Under the pieces are notes generated by a model. It did no database searches, was not told the origin of the DNA, and worked only from the letters and a program-made list of their open reading frames with translations. Below are positions 11,601 through 24,510 of a DNA stretch of 64,000 nt, piece after piece; positions within the stretch are counted from its first letter, which is position 1, and every line of letters begins with the position of its first letter. The stretch is from Reclinomonas americana ATCC 50394. Taxonomy: Eukaryota. The DNA is taken from NCBI GenBank assembly GCA_048213135.1, contig PS015099.1:122128-186127 (forward strand), given 5' to 3'. The translations under genes and the position numbers were made by a program.

Positions 11601-14149
11601 CGCGCTCTGGCGCTCGCCTACGATCGTTGCGACAATTTTGTTCCCCTTTTCCCTCCTCCTCCACCCTCCATCGTCACTTACCCTGTTCACGTTGTCGTTG
11701 ATACAGGCGAGGTCGAAGAAAACTCGGCGGCGAGTCGTGAGGGTCGCGCTGCACTGTGCAGTTTCCGACGGCGCTCGGTCAGCGAACCGCAACGCATGGC
11801 CTCCTCACCCAAGTACGCTCATCGCGCCAACACCGGACCAAGTGCCAACCCGTCGCCAACCGTACAACAGCCATCAGTGGCTGCCGCTGTTCCAACGCCT
11901 GTCCCCCTGCGTCCCACGACTGCGCCGACTCCCACTTCCTCCTCTGTCACCCCAGCTGCCGCTGCGGTGTACATCTCCGACGGTCATGGTATGCTCTCCA
12001 GGAAGATGATTACAGATTTTTGCAAGTTTTGCTCACGTCGTGTGGCACAGGGAGTCCGTCCAAGAGACGACCGCTTTCGGCAACCGCAAAGCGCATTCGT
12101 GCTGCCGGCAATGAGCACCTGGCCACTGCGCAGCAACAGCTGGCCACCCTGTCGTCCATGGCCAAGAATCGGAAGACGCAGTTGCGATTACTCACACACC
12201 TGACTCTCCCTCTCACTGTTTCACTCATCGCATCTCCAGGGGCGCATCGTCATCCTCTTTATCATTGTCGTCATCATCGACTTTGGTTCCATCGTCAGCG
12301 GCCGCCATGAACACCGGCAACACAACGACCTCTGCCACCACTGGCACCGCGTCGACGACGACGAGCACGGCACACTCGGCCGTGGCCCGTCTCACTCGCC
12401 GCGGCCGCGGCTGCATTCCGTCGTCCACCGAACCCGGCGATCCGGTGCTGGCCGAGGCGATGCAAGTGCGTCAGGTGGCCGTGTGTGGCTTTGTCCCCCA
12501 CGCTCCGGTGCTCGAACATTTGCGACGCGGCTCACCACCGCGCATCGCTGCGCCGAATGGTGGCCAACTCGTCACTGGCTCCGGCACTCTCTCGCGCCGA
12601 CCTCTGTCGGCGTCGTCGGCCTCCGCCGCCGTCATTGTACCCGCTCCGGCGGCCGCTCCATTTTCTCCACCTCGCGGCGGCGGTGCTGCTGCTGCTGGCA
12701 ATGGCGGTGGCCACGGGGTCGATCCTCTGTCTGCGTTGCAAGGAGTGCTCTCTATTCAGTCGCCGACAGGCTCGCAGGGGCGAACAGATGGCGGCGCCAT
12801 TTTTGTGCCACATCCACGACCACACAGCGCATCGTCGGTTCGTGGAAAGGCCGGACGGCCAGCCAGTGCCGCCATTAACAGTCGCCTGCAGCACCAGCAG
12901 CGACCACAAGTTGCGTAGCGTGCGGGTGGAATCAAGGGCATCGCTTAGAATTGTGCAGCTGACCCTCCATGATGGCCGTCGCAGAGTGCCTCGCCCACGC
13001 GGAGAGCAGGATCGAGTGTCGATTTGTCCGCACCGGCGGCAGCAGAGGCGCCCCCAGCAGTGGCGCCGCCCAAGGTGCGTCCAGCCTCCGCCACAGCGAT
13101 CGGACGGATGGTGGCCGCCGCTGCTGTACCGCGGGCAGCCGACGACAGCAAAACCAAGGAGCGTCTGCTGGCCCGCATGCACATGCGGCGGCAGGCCAGT
13201 GCCAACGTGCACATTCGGTTCGTACGGACACCATTGTGCTGTGTTGCGTCATGTTGTCGCTGACCTTTTCGTTATGAGCAGGAAAGCGGGAGGCGACGGA
13301 TTCATGTTGGAAAAGGCGGTGCTGGCGCGCGGTCGCGTGCTGGCCGTCGATCTCGAGCAGAAACTCGCCGAGGCCGTTCACGGGCGTCTCCCAGTGCACG
13401 AGGACGATGTGTCCGGTGAGTGTGGTGTGGGAGGGGGGAAAGCAATGCGTGGAGCTCACCGCGTGCGCTCCTCCACGCAGATCTGGCGGGTTCGTCACAC
13501 CGGCGCACACAGTCCATGCCGGCGCACATTCACTCGCCACTGGACACGCTCTTCAACCTTGTACATCGCGAGCGCATCACTGGCTTTGGTATGAGCAATG
13601 CGCAAGAGGAGGGGAGCCGTTGTTCTGCTCACTCACTCACCTCATTGTGTGCCACACAGATCGCCGCAAGCTCGAGCAAGTCTCCAAGCACCAGTTGTAT
13701 GGACTGTATGCCAGCATCAACGGGGCCGAGCCGGAGTGCACTCCGCGCCTCGAAGAGGTCGAGATGACGGTGCAAGCCAAGAGGTGAGACGGGCGGGTGG
13801 TGAAGCCGAACAAGGCAAGGTCTCATGGGGTGTCGACAGGGAGGAGGTCTCGGAGGTCGAACACTCGTCGCTGGCCGCCACTGCGCATCGCCTGTTGGGC
13901 ACTGCCTTGGAGAACGCTCCGCTGCCGGACGGCGAGGACTCGTGGGGCGCATACGTGCTGCAGAGCAGCTTGCAGCGCCTGTACCCGACATCTGGTCGCG
14001 TGCGTCACCTCAAGTTCGAGGACGACTTTGAAAGCGCTGCCGCCGCTGCCGCTGCCGCCAAGGTCGAGGACAGCAAGCAGCAGGTGCATCATGCACGTGT
14101 GCGACCAGCCTCTGCCGGCGCCTATCGTCGCTTGCGGCTGGACTTGTGA
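8689..14149 (+). CDS. Large low-complexity protein with a central EF-hand-like domain
   Basis: Phase-consistent GT-AG exons run from MGRRRPH to LRLDL* (first intron boundaries ambiguous). Central globular segment: LIKNWWKCANESRTGILTRDEF...MTFPQFFEAAFELVESWTETADENEYVEF. Confidence 0.65.
9500..9970. repeat. Intronic 225-bp tandem duplication with an internal sub-repeat
   Basis: GCCTGAGAAGCAGAGAC at 9533, 9639, 9758 and 9864; the flanking sequence repeats at period 225. Confidence 0.9.
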
Positions 14150-14285
14150 GAAGTGAAGAAAATTGCGATGAAAATCGACAGCTAGTGTGCGAAGTTTTCG
14201 CGCGAGCTCGTGTCCGGGCAAGACGCACAACACTCACAAGATCTCACAAGCAAAAAGTGGCCACAGGGCGTGTGCAGGTGGTGTC

Positions 14286-14802
14286 ATGATTCGTGCCGGT
14301 TGGGCCACGAAAGAGGTGAGCGTGCGTGTGTGCGTGCAAGTGTGTTTGAATGTGCAACTTTGTGAAAGTGGGTGAGAGGGTGTGAGAGTGTGCACGTGTA
14401 GAGCACGTGTAGAGAGAGAGAGAGAGAGAGAGAGAGAGTGCATGAGAGAGTGTGAGTGTGCGCGGAGTTCGATATCCATTTTCTTGCACACACAGGGCAA
14501 CACTGTGAAATCGTGGAAGCGGCGGTACTTTGTGCTCACAGACCACCAACTGGCGTACTACACTGACGAGACAGTTGCGCATTCTACTTCAATCTCTCAT
14601 CTCTTTCTTTGTGACTCTGACACACACTCGCGCGCGCGTTGTTCACTCCGCCACAGCGCAAGTCATGCAAGGGCGTCATTGAGCGATCGCAAGTGGTCAG
14701 CACACGCAAGGCGGAGGATAGGCCGAAGCATCCGCACATTTGCTGCGTGGAGACTGCGGCGGCCAAGAGTTAAGTGACAAAAGAGACAAAGACAGAGAGA
14801 GA

Positions 14803-14881
<79 letters not shown>

Positions 14882-17800
14882 CGTATGAGAGTTTGTCTGT
14901 GTGCGCCTGACCCTCTCGCCGCAGAGCTGAGATCGTATTTCATCTCGTTTGACTCAGTGGAGGAACGCGACGATTGGGCCGCTGTGCTCTCACAGTGGCA
15001 CAAGGGACCCGAGGACCTGGCGCCTCTCGACTCGGTACGCCAGCCAGACGCGTGCGCGGGTACGATGGAGAGAACTCACGAGTGTGTTGTGGCGGTGCAG
15101 TTGGCCAGTTTCTCCGACTCGATGGGCTCGGGCGGCATGTTGGGAGGAGGAGGAGGAGGGGGTCCGCCGGCGCGAGGAACCGGCTCGTTGTTTAGTTCAT
15201 CGGCTGGCGGACGCACGCCGTTGAGCACGCCACTGGGGGCGCCTGTGTCGTCTGGCCCGTTGCGCGTGTTCATTGCGTTGGTCGGTTCTCATCATCCGCC
15301 CGAGCTGCGTGCGCTGGCCGGTGCGGTAGCACATGCCGTCCTCCGGCTGCGCTCGCTCCTGGTGGTGTTTGGTGCCACGAGTTTGGAAGCGGTGCGTGCA
15401 TGTGTGTGTGTGCTTGCCGTTCTTATCTGCTTGCGCATTGACCTTTGGTGCACAGACGGACGACTTGGCGGAGGCCGGCTGCAAGACGGTTCTGCTGGAT
15501 GTCTCCGACGAGAGTACGATCGCCGATGCATTGGTTGGCTGTGATCGGCTGTTGATTGTGCCGTCGTATTCCTCACGAACAGGTGGGAGGCTGTTGTGAG
15601 AGCTCGTCTCCGGTGAAACGTTGTGCTTACCACGTCGCAGTGTCGTCGGATCTGGAGCGGCTGTTGCGAACGTCTGTCGAAGCCGGCATCCAGCAATGCC
15701 TCCTGCTGTCGACCATGGCCGCCAATGCAGGGTCCAGTGTACCCACGGCGAAAGCGGTGATTTATGGCTCTGTGTGTGTGCACTCTCGACATTCGACTGA
15801 TCGCATCGGCTGCTGTGCTCACAGGCAGCGGCGGCGGAAAATCTCGTCTCGCGAAGTCGGATCCCGTGCTGGACGGTCCTCCGACTCGCACCGCTTATGG
15901 AGTACTTTGACCACGAGGCTCGGTACCTGGCTGCCAACTTGCAGTTTCTCGGAACGACGGGTTGCGTCTGTCGCGGAGATTTTCTGTTTCTCTCTTGTGC
16001 CGCCTCGCACTCATTCTGCGGCGATTGGTTAGGCGTAACGTCCTATGCAAGTGTCAGCGCCGACGATGTCGCCGAGGGTGTTGGGCGCATCTTCTCCGCG
16101 CCCGATTTTCACCACCGCGCCGTGTACAATTGGACCGGTCCACAAGTGAGTGCATGTGGGGCAATGAGTGCAAAGCACGTTGTTGAGTCCTCATCTCGCA
16201 CGCAGGCCATGAACGAGTCCGAGTATGCGGCGTGCTTGTCGGCCGTGCTGAAGAGACCAATAGAATACGTCGAGGTGACGAGGGACGAGAAGCGCGCACA
16301 GTTGCACTCGGCTGGCTTTCCGCCAGCTGCTACTGAGGTGAGTGGTGGGGGGAAAGGGAGGGCACGGAGTGAGGCGGTTTAGGAAAGGGCAGATAATGCC
16401 ACGATATGAGATGGAGAGGGAAGGAGAGTGAAAGAGAGAGAGAGAGAAGAGAGAGAAGAGAGAGAGAGAGAGAGATAGAGAGCGAGAGAGAGAGAGAGAG
16501 AGGTAGAGTNNNNNNNNNNNNNNNNNNNNNNNNNNNNNNNNNNNNNNNNNNNNNNNNNNNNNNNNNNNNNNNNNNNNNNNNNNNNNNNNNNNNNNNNNNN
16601 NNNNNNNNNNNNNNNNNNNNNNNNNNNNNNNNNNNNNNNNNNNNNNNNNNNNNNNNNNNCCGTTGGAGCAGGAGAAAGAAGAAAAAATGAGAGAATGATA
16701 GAAGGAGAGAGGGAGAAGGGAGAGAGTGTCTGTGCATGTGAGAGAAAGAAGGATGAGAGAAAACAGAGAGAGAAAGAGAACTATGGATTTCGAATGTGGA
16801 AGTGTTGTCACTCTTTCCCTCACTTCGTCCCGCCGTGCGTGTGCTGCTGCAGACAATTCTCGACATGTTCGACTGCAAGCGCGGTGGGGCATTCGCCACT
16901 GTCGAGTCGGGGCTTGGAGGTTGCGTTTCACTCGTTTTTTATTCTTCTTCTCGCTTCTCTCGGTTGTCGCCCACTCGTCCCTTCTCGCGCTGCAGAGTTT
17001 CTTTGTCGGCCACTCGTGAAGTTTGCCGAGTATGTCGCACAGAAGTCGTCGCGATTTGGAGTTGCGCGAAATCTCATCCATTATCTCATTCTGCTGCATG
17101 CTGATCGCTAGCGAATACCTGCAGACGTCGTACGCGCGCGTGGAAGCTGTCCTGGCGTCGTCGGTGCAAACTGTGTGGGATCGAGTGGGAGACTTTTATA
17201 CCATGGAGTCGTGGTTTCCGCCAGCCGAGGTGTGACCTGCTGATGTCCACCGTCTGTGATCTCGATCCTCGCAAAAATGTTGACCTGTCTGCTCGCAGCG
17301 CTGTGAGAGGCTGTCGGATGGTCTTCGTCGCGTGCACCGCACCGGCGGTCTCGTGGTCCTCCATGCACTGGTAGCGTGTAGTTGATGTGCGAGCCGACTG
17401 CGATATAAGAGACTGACTTGCATATTCCACTCTAGAAACCGAGTCCGCGAAGCACGGTGAGCGATCCTCACACGCGTGCGATTTCGTGGACGCTGGTGGA
17501 TCGTGGCGACACGTTGATTGTGCGAGGATCGCTGCATGTTGCGTGCTGGTGCTGTCATTGTTCGTGCGCGTTTTTTTACTGACCGCCGGTGCTGCAGTCC
17601 ACCATCAAACTGTGGCCAGTGGCGGGCGACCAGACGTATTTCTCATGGCATGCCGTGTGGGATCCAGTTGATTGGCGAGCTGGTTTGTTAGGCATGTGCA
17701 GAGGATAGAGTGGGATAGCGAGAAGCGAGAGAGATCGGAGTTTGTGAGGGTGGAGGAAAACGAGAGGAAGAGGCGTATTCGCATGTTCTACGCACCCGTG

Positions 17801-19442
17801 CTCACAAAGCGATTGCATACAGCCGACGAGGCACTCTCCATTGTACAACAAGATTTTTCGCGCGGACTCTCCCGCCTCACCGAGCTGTATGGCGCGGGTA
17901 GGGTGGTGATTGCGTCCGAGGACGTTCTTCTGGCGTCGTTTGCGGCTGACTCGCTGGCGCTCGGTTTCCACTGGGCACACAATCCCGAATGTGCGTACTG
18001 CTGTCTGCCTGCATCATCTCGCACGCAGTCGTCAACTGATGTGCGCATTACAGTGGTTTCGGAGCGTGCTTCACATCTCAGCTATCTCCGCCCGCCGACC
18101 ACTGTGTCGCACCATCCGCAAAAGGAGGCTGGCGACTTTACCAACAAGTTGCGTGTGCACATCACGAATCTCGGTAGCTCGTCGCAGCCTGTCTCACCTG
18201 CTTGGACATTAGTGGTGACCAAATGCTGATGCTGCTCGAATCGCTGGTCGACCACCGCGGAGAGTTCAACGCCGACGAGTACTGTGAGGTGCGCAAAGCA
18301 CATCTGATTATAATAGTGTGTTTAGATTGCACGACACTCATCGATCTCTCGATGCAGCACCTGGTGCGATCGTATCTGGAGCGCGATCACCTGTATCGGT
18401 ATGCATCTCAGTCTTACTCGTCGCGGCGTCGTACCCAGTATTCTCAAGCGCCCTGTTTTTCTTTTTTGATTGTCAGCGATCAAGCCATTCAGACACTGAT
18501 CGAACGCCGCGGTGCCAGTCGGCGTTTCACCGAATTCGCTCTCGACAGCAGGGACATTTGTGGTTCATGTCGCGTTCCACCACTGTTGTTGTCAAAGGCA
18601 GTTGTGGCCTCCAAGGCCGACGAAGATTTGCTTGTCGGGTATGTCAACTGGAGATTATTGAGGTACTGATGCGGATGGTACTCATTGGTGCAACAAAAAT
18701 CCATCGCAGCTTGGCCCGCGAGCAGACGCGCAGCACCCACAATACTCCGGAGGCGATGCTTGTTGCCGAGTTTTTTGCGCGCTCGCTCGTGCGGCTGCAA
18801 CAGGCGGGTGGTGAATTGCGCCCGCATCGCGCGTTTGAGATGGTGTTGCGCGACATGGACGACGTGTGGCTCTCTGAAAGAGTTGCGTGTGTGCGCATTG
18901 ACACAACGCACTCGTGCGCTTACGGGAGTGTTTCGTACAGATCAACGCCGGTCTGCACAGCGCAGATGTCGACGATCTCGAATTCATGAGCGCCTTGTCA
19001 CCCGAAGGCTTGCAGAGCTCTCGGGAGCTGCCCGTCGGCCTCGGCGCGTCGTGCACATACGCCGTGCCGGCCATCGTACATTTTGTTGTCAAGTACGAAC
19101 GGGTGCGTCCTCTTGATGGTCATAGCCGAGCAGGATTATTCGCGGGTTGACTCAACTTGTTTTTTGTCTGGATCAGGACGTCGAGTTGGCCCTGGTGCGC
19201 AACTNNNNNNNNNNNNNNNNNNNNGCGCGGTGGGCGGAGAGTGCGCCGCTCGCGGCGTTATGATTGCCGCCCTGTTGACGGCGGCCAACGGCACGTGCGA
19301 GTTCGTACGTCGTCTGTTTGCGGGCGTGCGGCAAGGTACACGCATTCGGCGGTTAATCGGCGAGCTGAAGGGAGGGTGCAGCAGCGAATCCGCGCCACCG
19401 GCACCGTCATCGTCGGGCCCCGTGCGCTCCTCTCTACGATAG
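14286..19442 (+). CDS. Fusion protein: PH, NmrA-like Rossmann, SRPBCC (polyketide cyclase-like) and ADP-ribosylglycohydrolase domains
   Basis: 23 phase-consistent introns with no internal stop. PH: AGWATKEGNTVKSWKRRYFVL...ERDDWAAVL. NmrA-like: SVSADDVAE...YNWTGPQAM...VLKRPIEYVEV. SRPBCC: VQTVWDRVGDFYTMESWFP. ARH: LASFAADSLALGFHW...GDFTNNGDQMLMLLESL...TRSTHN...GGECAARG. Confidence 0.8.
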
Positions 19443-19476
19443 CAATAGTAATAATACTACGCAATGTGATGATTCT

Positions 19477-22400
19477 TCACTGTTTCGGCGTGTGCGCCAC
19501 CATGGATGGTCGGCGAGATGCCGTTCGCTTGCTGCTGCTCATGGCCGAGGTGAAGCTGGGCATACTTCCGGTGGCCGACAGCGGGATGCGGCTCAACAAG
19601 GACGGCTCCACCGAGGCGGAGCGCTTGCGCTGCGACTGCATAGGAGAGGAAGTGGATGAGGATATGGAAGAGAGGACATGGAGAGGACACAGAGGGGTGC
19701 CAACCTGCGCCGCAGACTCGGAAGCACCACCGCGAGGCGGGCTCGGGTTGCGTAGTCGCTGCTCCAAAAACCCATAGCCAATCTTGTCGTCGATCTCTGC
19801 CAGTACCTCGTCCGCGTGACACGACGCCGAGATCGGCCGTTGGCGCCAGAGGGACCGGCGACCTCGCTGTCAATGGCTCGAGTCAGTGACTCCATCGCGA
19901 CAACAGAGGTAAAATAGCGACTCACCACGGCACTCTTGTTGGCGCTTCCATGACTGGTTGGCGACCCGTGTCCGCTGGCGTGTGACACGGGCGATCCGGC
20001 GCCGCCAGCAGGCGCGGCACCACCCCGCGCGGCTTCACGCTCACCTCCACCGGCCGTCCCGCCGCCAGGATGGATAATGGAGCGCAAGCCGAGAGCCTCC
20101 GTGAATGTGGTGGTCTCCCGACGGCGACGATCCTGCCGCTCGCGCAACGACGCAAAAATGGCGCGCTGCTGCGACTTCAAACTCTCAATGTGCGCCTCAC
20201 GTGTCCGCACTGCGAAGGGTGGTCAGCTGCGCGTAGCATGAGACAACACTGACTGCTATGTCACTAAGACGACGCAACTGTCCTGCTGTGACTCCTTCCG
20301 AATATCCTGCTTCACACGGCTGTACTCCTGGTCGACACGTGCGATGCGATCCGCAACGGCCTGCCATCGCGGTGCACCGATCTCGTCCGTCACGCGCATT
20401 CTGTGAACCGCCACATGAGCGCCAGCAGGAAGCGACGACGGAAATGAGTGGGAAGAGGAGAGTTACTTACGCTGAGCGCGGAGAGGGGACGTGGCGAGAG
20501 AGGACTCGATTCCGACGCTCCATGTGATTCGGTTTCTCGCGCCCAAGATAGTGCTGTCGCGTATCGATGAGCGAATAGTGGAACGCGAACGACCGATACG
20601 CCCGCTCTCCCACGCAACTGCGACGACTGGCGACAGCTGGCGCAAGTCGAATACATCTTCGCGGAGCGACAACAGCTCCTTTGGTCGCATGCGCGCCGGG
20701 TTCTCGGTGCGCACCTTGACTCGGCTGTCGCGGTACTGTGCACAAGAGACGACGATGAGAACTGCTCGTAATACTCTATCTCTTCCCCCAACACCGCGCA
20801 ACTGCTTGAGATGGCGTGGTGCCGCCGGGGAACTTCTTCTGCGGCTCGAGAGCCGACTTGTCGCCACGAATGGTCATGCCGTAGCGATCGGTCATTGTCG
20901 GCACCAGGCGACCACTGCGTGTCAGCTCCCAGTTGCTCTTGTGCAGCGCCGCTCGCTGTGCCGAGCGGTGGTAGGCGTAGCGCGTTGTCAGTGAGCCGCG
21001 TTTTTCTGTGAAAGGGGGAAGGGGGTGAGCAAGGGAACATGAAGAGAGTGGTGGATGGAGATTGAACAGAGTGGCAACGACGAAAGTTGAGGAGAGAGAG
21101 AACGTGACATCGGAGAGAAGGAGAACAAGAGGGAAAGAGTGAGAGAGACACACAGGAGAGAAAAGGAGAAGGAGAGAACGCGGCATCGGAGAGAACAGAA
21201 ATAATCGCAGAATGAAGAAGGGTTTGAAGCGGACAAGGAGGTAAGAGAAGGAGAGAACGTGGTATTGGAGAGAACGAGAACATAAAAGAGCGCAAAATGA
21301 ACAAGGGAATGAAAAAAGAGCGAGAGGGAGAGAGAGAGAGAGATACACACCCACGAGAGAAGGAGGAACGCGGCGCCAGACAGAGCAAGAATAGACAGTG
21401 GCGCAGAAAGAACACTTGCAAGGGATCAGAGAGATAGAGAGAGAGACAAGCGTCATCAAACGCGTGTGTGTGAACGCGAGAGAAAGAAGACAGAGACGGC
21501 GATGCACTTCTTCCCGCACACTCTCGATTCACCTCCTGTTTCCGACATGCGGTACTGGAGAATGCGTGTCTCGACGAGATCGCGTTCCGTGAGTGCGCTC
21601 GGATCGTGCGAATCACGAGCGACTGGCTTGGAGTACGCGACAATTTGTTCGACAACGCCACTTGCCAGCTGTGGTGTGTCAGAAAAAATATCGGCGCTCC
21701 GCACCACCCTCTCACATTTTGTACGCACCTCTCGGTCGACCTCTTTCAGCAAACTCTCAAACGCCACCTCCTCGTCAAACAGCTCCTCGAGAGCCATGAC
21801 GAGGCGTGGCAAGAACAACTTCTCGCCCGTCAGCAACTCAAACACGTGCTTGAGCATGGCCACTCGCAGACTCTCTTCGGGAATCGGCGAACTGCTGGGC
21901 AACTGCAACAGTTGGAGGAGGGCGCGTGTGATGGACTGCGCCAAACAAATGGCCATGTCCTGAGCACGGCGAGTGAGAAAATCGGGGGAAGGCAAATGAA
22001 AAGAATACAGAGAGAGATACCGTCAAATGCAATTGCACCGCCTGCGTCTCGTCCGCATGCAGCAGGTACACAATCGTGAGCGACACTCCATCCAGCTGCT
22101 GCTCCATATGTTCGCGCCAGAGTTCCCACGAAATGTCGATGGGCACGCAGAATTTGGAGACCTGTGCGGTGCGCAGCGAGCAATCAGAGAATGGGAGGCA
22201 TCCCACAGAGGGGGGAGGGGGTATGGACACGCACCAAAAAGTCAAAAATAAAGCGCAAGAGGTAGGGGACCTCCTCCTTGCCGAGAAAATCGGCAAACAC
22301 CTGTAGTTTGCGATTGGTCTCCATCAACTCGGCCTGCGTGCGCACGTTCTTGCACAAGTTGGTGCGCATTGCATCGAGCGAGCGATCGAGCTCCACTCGT

Positions 22401-24350
22401 GGTCGGAAGTGGAACCACGCTGTGTCGGGGTGCTCCGAGGTGTCGAGTGTGCCCGTTTGATTGGATCTGTTGGCAAACAAGAGGAAGGGGGTGTGTCAGA
22501 AGGGGGGGGAGAGAGAAAAGTGCTCAAGGGTAATAACGCAACCCAAGGTGACCGTCAAGCTCCGCGGCACGTTGCCGGCGTTTGTGGAACTCTGCAATCG
22601 CCACTTTGACTTGCTGTGAAGAGAGGAAGGAGGTGAGTCCAAGAGAATGGGGGGAAAGAGGGGGAAAGAGGGGAAAGAGGGGGAAGAGGGGGAAAGAGGG
22701 GGAAGAGAGGGGGAAAGAGGGGGAAAGAGGGGGAATGGGGGGGAATGGGGGGGAATGGGGGGGGAATGGGGGGGGAATGGGGGGGGGAAGAGGGGGAAAG
22801 AGGGGGAAAGAGGGCGAAAGGGNNNNNNNNNNNNNNNNNNNNNNNNNNNNNNNNNNNNNNNNNNNNNNNNNNNNNNNNNNNNNNNNNNNNNNNNNNNNNN
22901 NNNNNNNNNNNNNNNNNNNNNNNNNNNNNNNNNNNNNNNNNNNNNNNNNNNNNNNNNNNNNNNNNNNNNNNNNNNNNNNNNNNNNNNNNNNNNNNNNNNN
23001 NNNNNNNNNNNNNNNNNNNNCTGCGACGAGGGACACGGTGAGAATGCCTGAATGCAGATAAAGAGAGAGACAGAGAAATGAGGAAGAGAAATAGAGGTCG
23101 AGAGAGGACAGAAGGTCATTCAATGAGCAAAGAGAAAGGAGAGAGAAGAAAGGGGCGGAGAAGGAACGGATAAACGACGCCGATATAGCGTGACTGGAAC
23201 CAGAGAGAGCAAGAGAAGCAACGGGGTGGAGCAAGGAGCATACAATGCCGATACGGTGTCATCGGAGCCAGCGGGGAAAAGAAAAGAACGGCTGCGAGCT
23301 GGACTGCGAGAGAAGAAAAGAGGGAAGGAAGGAGGGAAGAAAGAAAGAAAGAAAGAGAGATATATAGAAAGAGAGAGAAGGACGGGAATACAGCGTGACT
23401 GGAACGAGCGAGAGCAAGAGAAGAAGAATTGAGCTGCGAGCTGGCCTGAGAGAGAGTCGAAGTGTCACGCACTCCCTCCCCCTCTCCTCTCCTCTCCCCT
23501 CCCCTCTCCTCCCCCTCTTCCTTCCCTCTTATCACACAACTGCGGTGGCGGACTCATCGAGGCCGCCCGCGAGTGCCGACGGTTGCCCGGCGATCCACTC
23601 CCGTGATGCGGAGGCGTTCCCGCACCCGCTCCTCCTCGGTGCGGCGACGTGTGACCCGCCGATCCGCCGGCGCCCGAACCCGCGTGTGCACTCGAGGCAG
23701 CCAACGAGGCCGTATTCGCCGTGCGCCGCAACTTTTCCGAGTTGCGCGCCTCATCCTGCATTTGCCGGATCTTTTTCTCTGCGTCATGGTGATTGATTGA
23801 GACAGAGAGGGAGAGGGAGAGGGAGAGAGATTAGATAGGAGGGAAAGAGGGAGGAACAAGAAGCAGCATTGATCCAGTTGAAAGAGAGAAGAGAGAGAGA
23901 AGGAAACACACAAAGTGATGCATGCGGGCAAACCTTGAGCAAACTCATGCAGCTGCTCAACCTCGCGCTGGAACTGCACTCCGCGTCGAAAGCAATCGAC
24001 CTCCTGTACAACAACGACGTGAGCAACAAACAAGCTCTCTCTCTCTCTCCCTTATTCTTCTCTCATCGCAACATTCTCCGACGAGGCCGCCTCGAATGCT
24101 CCCTCAGTGAACAGCGTGTGAAACACCTCAATGCGCAGTCGATCCAGGTCAATCTGTGAGTGTGCTCTGTGTGTGTGAGCGAGCGCACACACTGCAAGCA
24201 AGCAACAACACAAACCTCCACAACGCCCGGTTCTCCGTGAGTCGAGTAGAGCGCCGAGCTGAGCATTGTTGCGCCATCCTCGTGCATTGGTGAGGGCATG
24301 GCGGTGGGCGTGCCCGCAGCAGACACCGCGGCGAGCGCGCGGACTGCCAT
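19477..24350 (-). CDS. FAM227-like (FWWh-domain-like) protein, divergent
   Basis: Spliced exons from MAVRAL to HTPKQ*. The core FADFLGKEEVPYLLRFIFDFLVSKFCVP...CLAQSITRALL...PSSSPIPEESLRVAMLKHVFELLTG aligns by eye with the FAM227 core. Some junctions lie in or near a gap. Confidence 0.55.
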
Positions 24351-24510
24351 GTGTGTGTGCACAAACGACCAGACACATGTCGCATCGGCACATCATCACA
24401 CCTCCTCATTCATTGTGGATGCGCCTCCCATATTCACACCACCCTCCATCTCCATCAAAACAACAAAGCAGAACGATAACCAAAAACAAAAAGAGGCCGC
24501 GGTATTCGGA

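Noticed and set aside
19290-19335. Possible GC-AG intron at the end of the ARH domain
   Set aside because: The frame is open with or without it; this cannot be decided without transcripts.
22647-22822. G-quadruplex or telomere-like G-rich tract
   Set aside because: It is an irregular intronic simple repeat next to a gap, with no evidence of function.
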